A stretch of DNA of 32,000 bases from the NCBI RefSeq assembly GCF_000195975.1, contig NC_005070.1:1350001-1382000 (forward strand), given 5' to 3'. The stretch is from Parasynechococcus marenigrum WH 8102 (lineage in GTDB: Bacteria; Cyanobacteriota; Cyanobacteriia; PCC-6307; Cyanobiaceae). The position numbers were made by a program, and so were the translations under genes. Positions 13,730 through 21,293 of this stretch are shown here, piece after piece. How positions within the stretch are numbered: position 1 is the first letter of the stretch; each line of letters starts with the position of its first letter. The notes beneath the pieces were generated by a model. The model was not told where the DNA came from. It did not search any database and saw only the letters and a program-made list of their open reading frames with translations.

Positions 13730-15130
13730 TCAACAAGCGACCTGAGGTTCCGATAAACGTGTGCGGACCCAACCCAGTTTTCGCTCGATTTCCTGAATCA
13801 TCAAGCCAGCCAGATCCTTTCCTGTAGCGGTTTCAATGCCCTCCAATCCAGGACTTGAATTCACCTCCAACAGAAGCGGGCCTCGCTCGGAGCGAATGAT
13901 GTCAACGCCGGCCACATCCAACCCGAGGGCACGGGTCGCCGACACAGCCAATTTGCGTTCTTCCGGGCGGATGCGCACAGCCTGGGCCGACCCTCCTTGA
14001 TGAATGTTGGAGCGGAAATCTCCGACCGCAGCCGTCCGTTCAATCGCTGAAACAACTTTTCCTCCGATCACGAAACAACGCAGATCCTTGCCGCCGGCTT
14101 CCTTGATGAACTCCTGCACCAGAAGATTGGCATTCAGGCTTTTCATGGCGTTGATCACACTTTCCGCCGCTTTCTGAGTCTCAGCCAACACAACTCCACG
14201 CCCCTGGGCCCCCTCCAGCAGCTTGAGGATCAACGGGGCACCACCAACCATTTTGATCAGGTCCTTGGTGTCGAGAGGTGAGCTGGCAAAGCCAGTCACC
14301 GGCATGTTCAGGCCATGCCGCACAAACAACTGGGAAGCCAGAAGCTTGTCGCGTGAGCGCTTGATCGGTTCTGCGGCATTGAGCACGCTGATGCCCATCG
14401 CCTCGAACTGGCGCGTGATCGCACAGCCGTAGAACGTGACACTGGGGCGAATCCGCGGAATCACCGCATTGATGCGCTCAAGCACATTGCCTCCCCGGTA
14501 GTGCATCTCAGGATTCTGAGGATCCAACCGCATGTAGCACTGCTTGACATTGAGGAACTCCATGCGGTGGCCCCGTTCTTCTCCGGCCTCCAGAAGACGG
14601 CGGTTGCTGTAAAGCTCTGGGTCCGAGGCCAGCAGGGCGATCCGCAGGCCATTGCGCTCCGTGCGCAGAGGGGCGTACATCGCCTCGAGCTGGTCCTGAC
14701 GGAGATCGCCGAGTTGATGGCTGCCCTCAGGATCCACCAACACGCGCCCCACCATGGCTTCACGGCCGAGCAGCATGCGATAGCCCATCGCATCGCGATT
14801 GGTGAGAGTCAGCTCAATCGGCCAGCTCTCTTCACCGAGCACCAGCTGTTCACGAATCACGTAGCGCGTTTCGGTGATGCCACTGGTGTTGCGCACACCG
14901 CGTTGTTCCAGCACAGGCGACTCACGGCGGATCACCACGGAACGATCGTTCTGAAGCGGATGCACTTCAAAACTGATCCACCGAGCTTCATCGCGCTGAA
15001 ACGGCACGATGTTGAAGGCATGCAATGAGGATGTTGCTGCGCCGGAATCAACCCGGGCCTTGATTGCCGGCAGGCCAAGCCCTGGCAAGGAGCACCACTC
15101 CTCACTGCCGACAATGATTTTTCTGGTCAA
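13730..15130 (-). CDS. rimK: RimK-type ATP-grasp ligase fused to an N-terminal retropepsin-like (ATP-dependent zinc protease, DUF785-type) domain
   Basis: 466 aa. The N-terminus EEWCSLPGLGLPAIKARVDSGAATSSLHA...ISFEVHP matches the RimK-associated protease domain. The C-terminal 300 aa has ATP-grasp motifs (LILKLLEGAQGRGVVL, LLVQEFIKEAGGKDLRCFVIGGKVV, FRSNIHQGG, AGVDIIRSERGPLLLEVNSSPGLEGIE). The start codon is TTG. Confidence 0.9.
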   Translation of the reverse strand: MTRKIIVGSEEWCSLPGLGLPAIKARVDSGAATSSLHAFNIVPFQRDEARWISFEVHPLQNDRSVVIRRESPVLEQRGVRNTSGITETRYVIREQLVLGEESWPIELTLTNRDAMGYRMLLGREAMVGRVLVDPEGSHQLGDLRQDQLEAMYAPLRTERNGLRIALLASDPELYSNRRLLEAGEERGHRMEFLNVKQCYMRLDPQNPEMHYRGGNVLERINAVIPRIRPSVTFYGCAITRQFEAMGISVLNAAEPIKRSRDKLLASQLFVRHGLNMPVTGFASSPLDTKDLIKMVGGAPLILKLLEGAQGRGVVLAETQKAAESVINAMKSLNANLLVQEFIKEAGGKDLRCFVIGGKVVSAIERTAAVGDFRSNIHQGGSAQAVRIRPEERKLAVSATRALGLDVAGVDIIRSERGPLLLEVNSSPGLEGIETATGKDLAGLMIQEIERKLGWVRTRLSEPQVAC

Positions 15131-15204
15131 GGCCGCGAACGGTCCTTATCGAAAGAGACAGAAAATCTATGTCTCGTTCAGGTGTGCACAGCACCTACCA
15201 GCCC

Positions 15205-15912
15205 TCAATCAAGCGGATCGATCAAGCCATAGAGCAGGGCGGTGACGGCCATCTGGGTGCGGTCGCGGGCACCGAGCTTGTCCATGGCATTGCCCACATG
15301 GGTTTTCACCGTTTCCAGGGAGATGCCCAGCAGATCAGCGATGGCATTGCTCTTGAGGCCACGGGCCACCGCTGCCGCCACATCCAGCTCGCGCTGGGTG
15401 AGCTCCTCCACCAACGGCGGCAGATCAGGCTGCGGTGCTGCCGCCGCCAGCCGGCGGATCTCCGCGGGGTAATAGACGCCACCATCAGCGAGGGTGTGCA
15501 GGGCACCGATCAGATCACCACGGCCCGTGCCCAGGCTTGATTTGAAGATCACCCCATCGGCGAAGGCATCCAGCGCCTCCCGCACCAGGGCCTTGGTTTC
15601 CCGCTCCAACACGATCAGCAGCTGACAGGTGGGCAGCTCCGCCTTCACTCGTTTGAGCAACACCGGGCCGTAGCCGGTTTCCAGATCCGAACTGCAGATC
15701 AGCAGATCCGGCTGGGTGCGCAGCACCAGCTCAAGACCTTCGTCTTCTGTGGTGGCGGCACCCACCAGGGACGGCTTGATTGGTTCAGCAATCGCTAGGG
15801 CGCTGAGGGTGAGCCGATCACCGAACACCAGCACGAGGCGCCGGTGTTCGAGCAGCTCGGCGGCCTGGGCGATCGCCTCCTGGGTGGTGCGGGAATCGAG
15901 CCGGAGTTCCAT
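15205..15912 (-). CDS. LuxR/FixJ-type HTH regulator with atypical receiver domain
   Basis: C-terminal LTQRELDVAAAVARGLKSNAIADLLGISLETVKTHVGNAMDKLGARDRTQ. The receiver-like domain has GD in place of DD (LVLVFGDRL), a candidate acceptor Asp (LLICSSDLETG) and a conserved Lys (VIFKS). Its ATG is 3 nt downstream of the DUF411 stop. Confidence 0.85.
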   Translation of the reverse strand: MELRLDSRTTQEAIAQAAELLEHRRLVLVFGDRLTLSALAIAEPIKPSLVGAATTEDEGLELVLRTQPDLLICSSDLETGYGPVLLKRVKAELPTCQLLIVLERETKALVREALDAFADGVIFKSSLGTGRGDLIGALHTLADGGVYYPAEIRRLAAAAPQPDLPPLVEELTQRELDVAAAVARGLKSNAIADLLGISLETVKTHVGNAMDKLGARDRTQMAVTALLYGLIDPLD

Positions 15913-15915
15913 GGC

Positions 15916-16419
15916 TCAGTAGCGATCAAACACGGTTGTTGATCCGTCGTGGGCAATGGCCATCACCGCAACCGGATCCGCCGTCCTCCCCTTCACCTCC
16001 ATGCCGGGGGAACCGATCGGCATCCCCGGCACCGCCATGCCACGGATGTCGGGCCGTTCGGCCAGCAGGCGTTGGATCGATGATGCCGGCACATGGCCTT
16101 CGATCACATAGCCCTCAACGATGGCGGTGTGGCATGAGGCCTGGTCCGGCGCGATGCCATTGGCCTGCTTCACACGATCCATGTCGTCGTTGACCTGATC
16201 GTTGATGCGAAATCCCGCTGCCGCGATGTGCTCGCCCCACTGGGTGCAACAGCCGCAACTGGCTGAGCGATAGATCGTCATGGCTGGACCTGTCGCCTCG
16301 GACGTGGCCGGCATCACGGACGGGCCCTTGGCATCACCATGGGCCTGCACCAACGCAGGCGCACAAAGCAGCAGGGCCGCCAACACAGCGCCACAGGGAG
16401 CCAAGGTCGTCCACGCCAT
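15916..16419 (-). CDS. DUF411 metal-binding periplasmic protein
   Basis: Signal peptide, then IYRSASCGCCTQW...SCHTAIVEGYVIEGHVPASSIQRLL...GMAVPGMPIGSPGME, the conserved DUF411 (CopG-like) pattern. Confidence 0.8.
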   Translation of the reverse strand: MAWTTLAPCGAVLAALLLCAPALVQAHGDAKGPSVMPATSEATGPAMTIYRSASCGCCTQWGEHIAAAGFRINDQVNDDMDRVKQANGIAPDQASCHTAIVEGYVIEGHVPASSIQRLLAERPDIRGMAVPGMPIGSPGMEVKGRTADPVAVMAIAHDGSTTVFDRY

Positions 16420-16489
16420 CCCTGATTAACCGCAGTATCAACGCAATTCTCGCGAACGCTGCACGGGTGACAACGGGGAATGGACGGAG

Positions 16490-16539
16490 TCCCTCAACTG
16501 AGGGATGGAGAGAGACTTCAAGCCCCCTCAATCGAGGGA
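16490..16539. promoter_or_regulatory. pair of 7-2-7 palindromes (candidate operator sites)
   Basis: TCCCTCA-AC-TGAGGGA (16490-16505, perfect inverted repeat) and CCCCTCA-AT-CGAGGGA (16524-16539), centres 34 bp apart, in the divergent region between the DUF411-LuxR operon and the DUF429-like gene. Confidence 0.4.
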
Positions 16540-16593
16540 GCGAAAGCTCACGGCAGCCTGCGGATTGCTCTCTTGACCATCCTCGACACACAA

Positions 16594-17442
16594 ATGCCAA
16601 AGGAGCCCGAGGGAAACCAACCCACACCAGTACAAGTCCTCGGCATCGATGCCGCCTGGACGGCCCATAACCCCAGTGGTGTGGCCCTTGTGCAACGAGC
16701 TGCTGATGGATGGCAATGCCTGGCCCTTGCCCCCAGCTACGACAGCTTCCTTGCCATCGCCGCTGGAGAACCATGGGATCAGGGCCGAAAAGCCCAGGGC
16801 AGTGAACCCGATCCCGAAGCGCTGCTGGAGGCCTGCCATCAATTGGCGGGGCAACCCGTGGACTGCGTGTCGGTCGACATGCCGCTGGCAACGACTCCCA
16901 TCACCAGCCGTCGCGCCGCAGACACCGCCATCGCCAGCCTCTTCGGGCCGAAGGGCTGCGCCGTACACAGTCCCTCCGCGTTGCGTCCCGGTGCGATCGC
17001 CGATCAACTGCGCGAACGCTTCGCCGAACTCGGCGTTGCCCTGCACACCACAACTCCAGCTCGCCAAGGGCCGGCCCTGATCGAGTGTTACCCCCATGTG
17101 GCCCTGCTGGCCTTGCTCAATCGCAACTACCGTGTGCCCTACAAGGTGAGCCGCTCAGCCCTGTACTGGAAGGCGGAGCGGCCTCCGGTTGCTGAACGGG
17201 TCAGGCGTCTGCTGGCGGAATTCACCGCCATCCACCAGGCCCTCAGCCAGCGCATCAGTGCCATCCCGCTCACCCTGCCCCAACCCCGCGAGGTGACCAC
17301 GCTCTCATCGCTCAAGCCCGTGGAAGACATGCTCGATGCCCTGATCTGCGCCTGGATCGGCATCGAACACCTCGAAGGCCGAACTTTTGGCCTGGGTGAT
17401 ACCACTGCTGCCATCTGGTTGCCTGCAAACCTGATGGGTTGA
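16594..17442 (+). CDS. DUF429-like (RNase H-fold) protein
   Basis: Starting at ATG 16594 gives MPKEPEGNQPTPVQVLGIDAAWT...DCVSVDMPL...ECYPHVALLAL...YKVSRS..., which resembles DUF429 from memory. The track start at 16480 adds 38 codons of low third-position GC that contain the palindromes. Confidence 0.6.
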   Translation: MPKEPEGNQPTPVQVLGIDAAWTAHNPSGVALVQRAADGWQCLALAPSYDSFLAIAAGEPWDQGRKAQGSEPDPEALLEACHQLAGQPVDCVSVDMPLATTPITSRRAADTAIASLFGPKGCAVHSPSALRPGAIADQLRERFAELGVALHTTTPARQGPALIECYPHVALLALLNRNYRVPYKVSRSALYWKAERPPVAERVRRLLAEFTAIHQALSQRISAIPLTLPQPREVTTLSSLKPVEDMLDALICAWIGIEHLEGRTFGLGDTTAAIWLPANLMG

Positions 17443-17460
17443 GCAGACAATGGAGGCGAG

Positions 17461-17904
17461 GTGGCAACTCCTCTCCGCCACCACCAACAAACCATGATCA
17501 GCGCCCTGCTCAACATCCTCTGGGTTGTGCTCGGAGGCTTCGTGATGGCCGTGGGCTGGTGGCTGGCAGGGCTGCTGTGCGCGATCACGCTAATCGGGCT
17601 GCCCTGGGCGCGCTCCTGCTTTGTGATCGGCAGGTTCTCGCTCTGGCCGTTCGGGCAGGAAGCCGTGAACCGCGAGGAATTGAGCGGACGCGGTGATCTG
17701 GGCACCGGTCCGCTGGGGCTCATCGGCAACGTACTCTGGTTTCTGGTGGCCGGCTGGTGGTTGGCGATCGGCCACCTCAGCTCCGCCCTCGCCTGCTTCG
17801 TGAGCATCGTGGGCATTCCCTTCGGGATTCAGCACATCAAGCTGGCCTTGATCGCGTTGAAACCCGTGGGCATGACGGTCGTGCCGGTGCGGTCGGCGGG
17901 CTGA
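17461..17904 (+). CDS. yccF: YccF-family inner membrane protein (DUF307 x2)
   Basis: LLNILWVVLGGFVMAVGWWLAGLLCAITLIGLPWARSCF...GNVLWFLVAGWWLAIGHLSSALACFVSIVGIPFGIQHIKLALIALKPVG is collinear with E. coli YccF as I remember it. The likely start is ATG 17494 (MISALLN...). Confidence 0.8.
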   Translation: MATPLRHHQQTMISALLNILWVVLGGFVMAVGWWLAGLLCAITLIGLPWARSCFVIGRFSLWPFGQEAVNREELSGRGDLGTGPLGLIGNVLWFLVAGWWLAIGHLSSALACFVSIVGIPFGIQHIKLALIALKPVGMTVVPVRSAG

Positions 17905-17910
17905 ATGGCC

Positions 17911-18519
17911 TCAATCCAGCGATGGCGGCGTGAAGGTGTCGGCCACCGCCACGATCCAACGGGCAGCAGCAGCCGCCACCTGTTCCTTGGTGACGTTGAA
18001 CTCCAGGTCGTGGCCCTCGGCGAGCAGATCGGGAATGATCGTTTGCCAGGCCATGCCGGCGGCACTGGCGTTGAGATCACCGATCAGCACAAAAGCCTTG
18101 GCAGCACCGGTCACCGCAGCGGTGTACTCGGCATTGGCCGACACCTTGCTGCGATACCAGTCGCTCACCTGATCACGCTGGGCCTTGCTCAGAAACGGCG
18201 GTGCCCCCACCAGATAGGCATCAAGCACCAGCATCGGGCTGGGCACGCTCTGGCCGGGATGCTTGAGCGCAAACCAGGCCTGGCCGATTGAGGCCGCATC
18301 GGGCCAATGGCAGAGGATCGCGGCGTCCTGACTGTCGAGTGAACGCTGCGCCGCCAGCGCATCAATGCGTTCGAGCAATTCCGGACCAGTGACCGGCGGC
18401 TCGGTGCGGGAGTGTTCAGCCCGGGCTTCATTGATCGCCTCAGCCACCGCCGCTTCGTTCTGCCCCAACTGCTGCAGAGCCCGCTTGAGGTTGGCATCGG
18501 CATCGGCGGGACTGGTCAA
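17911..18519 (-). CDS. hypothetical protein (202 aa)
   Basis: Clean Ala/Asp-rich ORF with high third-position GC. Convergent with yccF (6-nt gap). No family recognised. Confidence 0.55.
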   Translation of the reverse strand: MTSPADADANLKRALQQLGQNEAAVAEAINEARAEHSRTEPPVTGPELLERIDALAAQRSLDSQDAAILCHWPDAASIGQAWFALKHPGQSVPSPMLVLDAYLVGAPPFLSKAQRDQVSDWYRSKVSANAEYTAAVTGAAKAFVLIGDLNASAAGMAWQTIIPDLLAEGHDLEFNVTKEQVAAAAARWIVAVADTFTPPSLD

Positions 18520-18549
18520 GGGTGATCGCGCAGGGGTGAATCCACGATG

Positions 18550-18954
18550 TCATTGATGATCATCTCGTCGTCGCAGGCGAGCCCCATCCCACGACGCTGT
18601 CGACAGGATGTCTCTCAGCTGATCAAGAACAGCTTGCTTTTGATCATTCCAAGCCCCCTGCTTCACAGTGATCAGATACTCATGTTGAACGCCAGTTCCC
18701 CTGATGCGTGAAGCTGCAATCGCCAGGTCGTCGTAACCAAGTGGGAAAGCAGCATCGGGAGACAACCCGAGAATGCCCTCAGAAACGAACAGAAGAAAAT
18801 CAAACAGCACCGGGCTGAAGTATTCGTCGTCCGGATTCAGGTCACCGCACGACACCATCTGGTCTCTGGTCTGCGGCGTATAGGTCACAAACGAGAAGCA
18901 CAACGGATGGCCCGTGTCCTGCAGGTACAAACCTCTGAAACGCTGGCGACTCAT
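18550..18954 (-). CDS. hypothetical protein (134 aa)
   Basis: Its start overlaps the stop of the upstream 81-aa ORF (ATGA at 18951-18954). No family recognised. Confidence 0.55.
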   Translation of the reverse strand: MSRQRFRGLYLQDTGHPLCFSFVTYTPQTRDQMVSCGDLNPDDEYFSPVLFDFLLFVSEGILGLSPDAAFPLGYDDLAIAASRIRGTGVQHEYLITVKQGAWNDQKQAVLDQLRDILSTASWDGARLRRRDDHQ

Positions 18955-19196
18955 CGGTGGGATTCCGGATTCATGCCAGGCCTTTGAGCCACATCACTGC
19001 TGGCGGGCTGCTTCATCACGTCAGGGCCAAGGTTGAGATCAGGCTTCAGCCGCAGCGCCATCCACAGAAGCATGGCGGCACACTCCTCATCTGTGGGGCC
19101 GTAGTCGTATTGCCAATCCTTCACAGTCGCCACGAGCTCCTGCTGGGCATGGCGAATGAATTCATCAGTCCATTCCTGCATCCCCTTGCCCTCCAC
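18951..19196 (-). CDS. hypothetical protein (81 aa; may start at MQEWTDEF...)
   Basis: Translationally coupled to 18550-18954. No family recognised. Confidence 0.5.
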   Translation of the reverse strand: MEGKGMQEWTDEFIRHAQQELVATVKDWQYDYGPTDEECAAMLLWMALRLKPDLNLGPDVMKQPASSDVAQRPGMNPESHR

Positions 19197-19231
19197 TCAG
19201 CGCAAGGCATCAGCGCAAAGCAGACGCCATC

Positions 19232-19504
19232 TCAATCTTGATCAAGCTCGTCCTCTGGGACATAGAAGGGTTCATCCATTCCGGGCTCATTGTTCTGCAG
19301 AACAAAATCTTTCAAACAATCATCGCTTTCAAACACAAACAGATCGTCCTGTTCAGGATGCACACCCTGCATCTCGGGATGGCGATTCACAAGACGCGTG
19401 ATCTTGCGGCGCTCCCGCACAAATCCCGATCCCTTTTCAACCAGATAAACCAACAAAGCCAGGTCGACCAACACAAGAGTGACCATTTCCAATATCTGCA
19501 TCAA
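19232..19504 (-). CDS. hypothetical protein with N-terminal TM helix and acidic tail (90 aa)
   Basis: MMQILEMVTLVLVDLALLVYLV, then RERRK, then an acidic C-terminus ...EPFYVPEDELDQD. It lies in a stretch that is visibly more AT-rich than its surroundings. Confidence 0.5.
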   Translation of the reverse strand: MMQILEMVTLVLVDLALLVYLVEKGSGFVRERRKITRLVNRHPEMQGVHPEQDDLFVFESDDCLKDFVLQNNEPGMDEPFYVPEDELDQD

Positions 19505-19593
19505 GCGCGAACCATCACTGAAATGACCCTAGCGAGAGAGCCATGAATGGCACTCAGCACAAACGCCTGAAACCACAACAAACAACTACCGGC

Positions 19594-21237
19594 TCAACGT
19601 GAACCCGCGAACCAGGGCCAGCGCAGACCCGCCGCCTCCAGGGGATTCATCACCAGTTTGTTGAGGGCCCGGCCGAGCACCACCTGCGGTTCATCCGGGC
19701 GAACCGGAATCACCCGGTGTTCGCCGGAGACTGTTCCGCGCACAACCCCGCGCCGCAGCAGCGAATTGGCCGCCTCCAGCCCGCACACATAGGCCCGCTC
19801 CTGACAAAGGCCCTTGGCGCCATGCTCCCGCTCCCCCATGCGCACCCAGTCGCCGGCGCACACCACCGTCGCAAGCGATGTCTCCAGCGGCGGGCGTTGC
19901 TGAAAGCTGCCGGGAGAAAACAACGACACCGATCCCGGATAACGCCGCACCTCCTGATCCACCACCTGCGCATGGCGGAAGGCCGGTTGCACCTGCGGCA
20001 GCAACTGCTGCATCAAGGCATCAACGATCTCCTGATCGCTCTGCTCAGCAATGGCACTGGCGTTGTAGAAGTCGCTGGCGATCACTGACCCCTGCACCGC
20101 CTGATCCCCCCACAGGGCCTGCTCGTTGTCGGCCTGCAGTTGATCCAGCATGAAGAAGGTGGCGCCGGCCCCCTTCAAGGCCGCGAAACGGGAGAAGACA
20201 TTGGCGGGATCGTCAACGGCAATGGAGCGATCCAGCCACAGCCGCACCGACACCACATCGATCGCGCCGAGTCCACCAGCCCGCGCCAGCTCCGGTGCCA
20301 AGGCAGCGCACTCCGCCGATCTGGCCATCAGAGACCCCATGCCTCGGGCCCCCACCGCCAGCACCACGGCATCCACGTCGTCGATCAAACCCGTCTCGCC
20401 TGTCGCCAGCGATCGCGTTTCCAGCGAGTCAGTGGCACCGGTGGGGGAGACGTTCAAACGTGAAGCAAACGTGCCGCCCAGGACCTGCAGCTGATGCGAA
20501 TCGCAAAGACGGCGGCTCAGGGGGGCAAGCAGTTGCTCACCGATGCTCTTGCACTTGATCCAGCGCACATCAAAGGAATCCTGGTGCGCCAGGGCGTAGT
20601 AGTAGAGCAGCTCCATCGTCACCGCCGCCGACAGCTCCTCCGGTGGCTTGAACAGTCCCACCAGCAGGATCGGCCGCAGGAACTCGTTGATCATCCGCTC
20701 GCTGATCCGCAGTTGCCGGAACAGCGTGAGCGCATCAAGGGCGTCGTAGCGCTCATACACCGCAGGGCTGCGGTTCAGATCGAGCATTGCCACCAGCAGT
20801 CCGGCGATGCTGAGTCGATCGGCTACCGGCAGGCGCTTGAAATTGTTGATCGTGGCGAAGGCCTGCCCCAGCGGACTGGGCAACTGCGGGCCATCACCAA
20901 ATACCGGTGCCGTGGCCTCCAACCCCTGGGGCGACCAGAAGGCACTGCTGGTGAACGGGGTGAACACATCGCTCAGCCCGAGTTCGTCGCAGAGCGCATT
21001 GATGTTGGGGTAATCCCGCCAGAACCCGCGGGTGCCGGCTTCAAACGGCTTACCGCTGGCGGTGGTCAGCGGCGTGCTGCCGGTGGGATCCGCCAGGCCA
21101 TCCACAAGGGTGACGCGCACCCCGGCTTCACAGAGCGCTTTGGCGGCACCCCATCCGCCCCAGCCGGCACCAACCACCACCACATGCGAAGGGTTGGCCG
21201 CCGATTGCTGCTGCACCGCCATCCCTGACCCCGCCAC
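19594..21237 (-). CDS. FAD-dependent oxidoreductase, phytoene-desaturase/amine-oxidase superfamily
   Basis: The N-terminus VVVVGAGWGGWGAAKALCEAGVRVTLVDG is an FAD/NAD dinucleotide-binding motif. 547 aa, with the C-terminal CAGDW... motif typical of the PDS/CrtI-like fold. Confidence 0.85.
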   Translation of the reverse strand: MAGSGMAVQQQSAANPSHVVVVGAGWGGWGAAKALCEAGVRVTLVDGLADPTGSTPLTTASGKPFEAGTRGFWRDYPNINALCDELGLSDVFTPFTSSAFWSPQGLEATAPVFGDGPQLPSPLGQAFATINNFKRLPVADRLSIAGLLVAMLDLNRSPAVYERYDALDALTLFRQLRISERMINEFLRPILLVGLFKPPEELSAAVTMELLYYYALAHQDSFDVRWIKCKSIGEQLLAPLSRRLCDSHQLQVLGGTFASRLNVSPTGATDSLETRSLATGETGLIDDVDAVVLAVGARGMGSLMARSAECAALAPELARAGGLGAIDVVSVRLWLDRSIAVDDPANVFSRFAALKGAGATFFMLDQLQADNEQALWGDQAVQGSVIASDFYNASAIAEQSDQEIVDALMQQLLPQVQPAFRHAQVVDQEVRRYPGSVSLFSPGSFQQRPPLETSLATVVCAGDWVRMGEREHGAKGLCQERAYVCGLEAANSLLRRGVVRGTVSGEHRVIPVRPDEPQVVLGRALNKLVMNPLEAAGLRWPWFAGSR

Positions 21238-21293
21238 CGCTGAAGGCCGACAAGCTAGGCAGGGTTCACCCTGGCCCCGAAGCCGCTGCCCTG

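Noticed and set aside
16480-16593. ATG 16480 as the start of the DUF429-like gene
   Set aside because: The extra 38 codons have clearly lower third-position GC than the rest of the gene, and they contain the two palindromes. The conserved N-terminal GIDAAW motif is normally close to the start.
17139-17816. 225-aa minus-strand ORF spanning the DUF429-like and yccF genes
   Set aside because: It crosses an intergenic gap and two well-supported plus-strand genes, so it is a shadow ORF.
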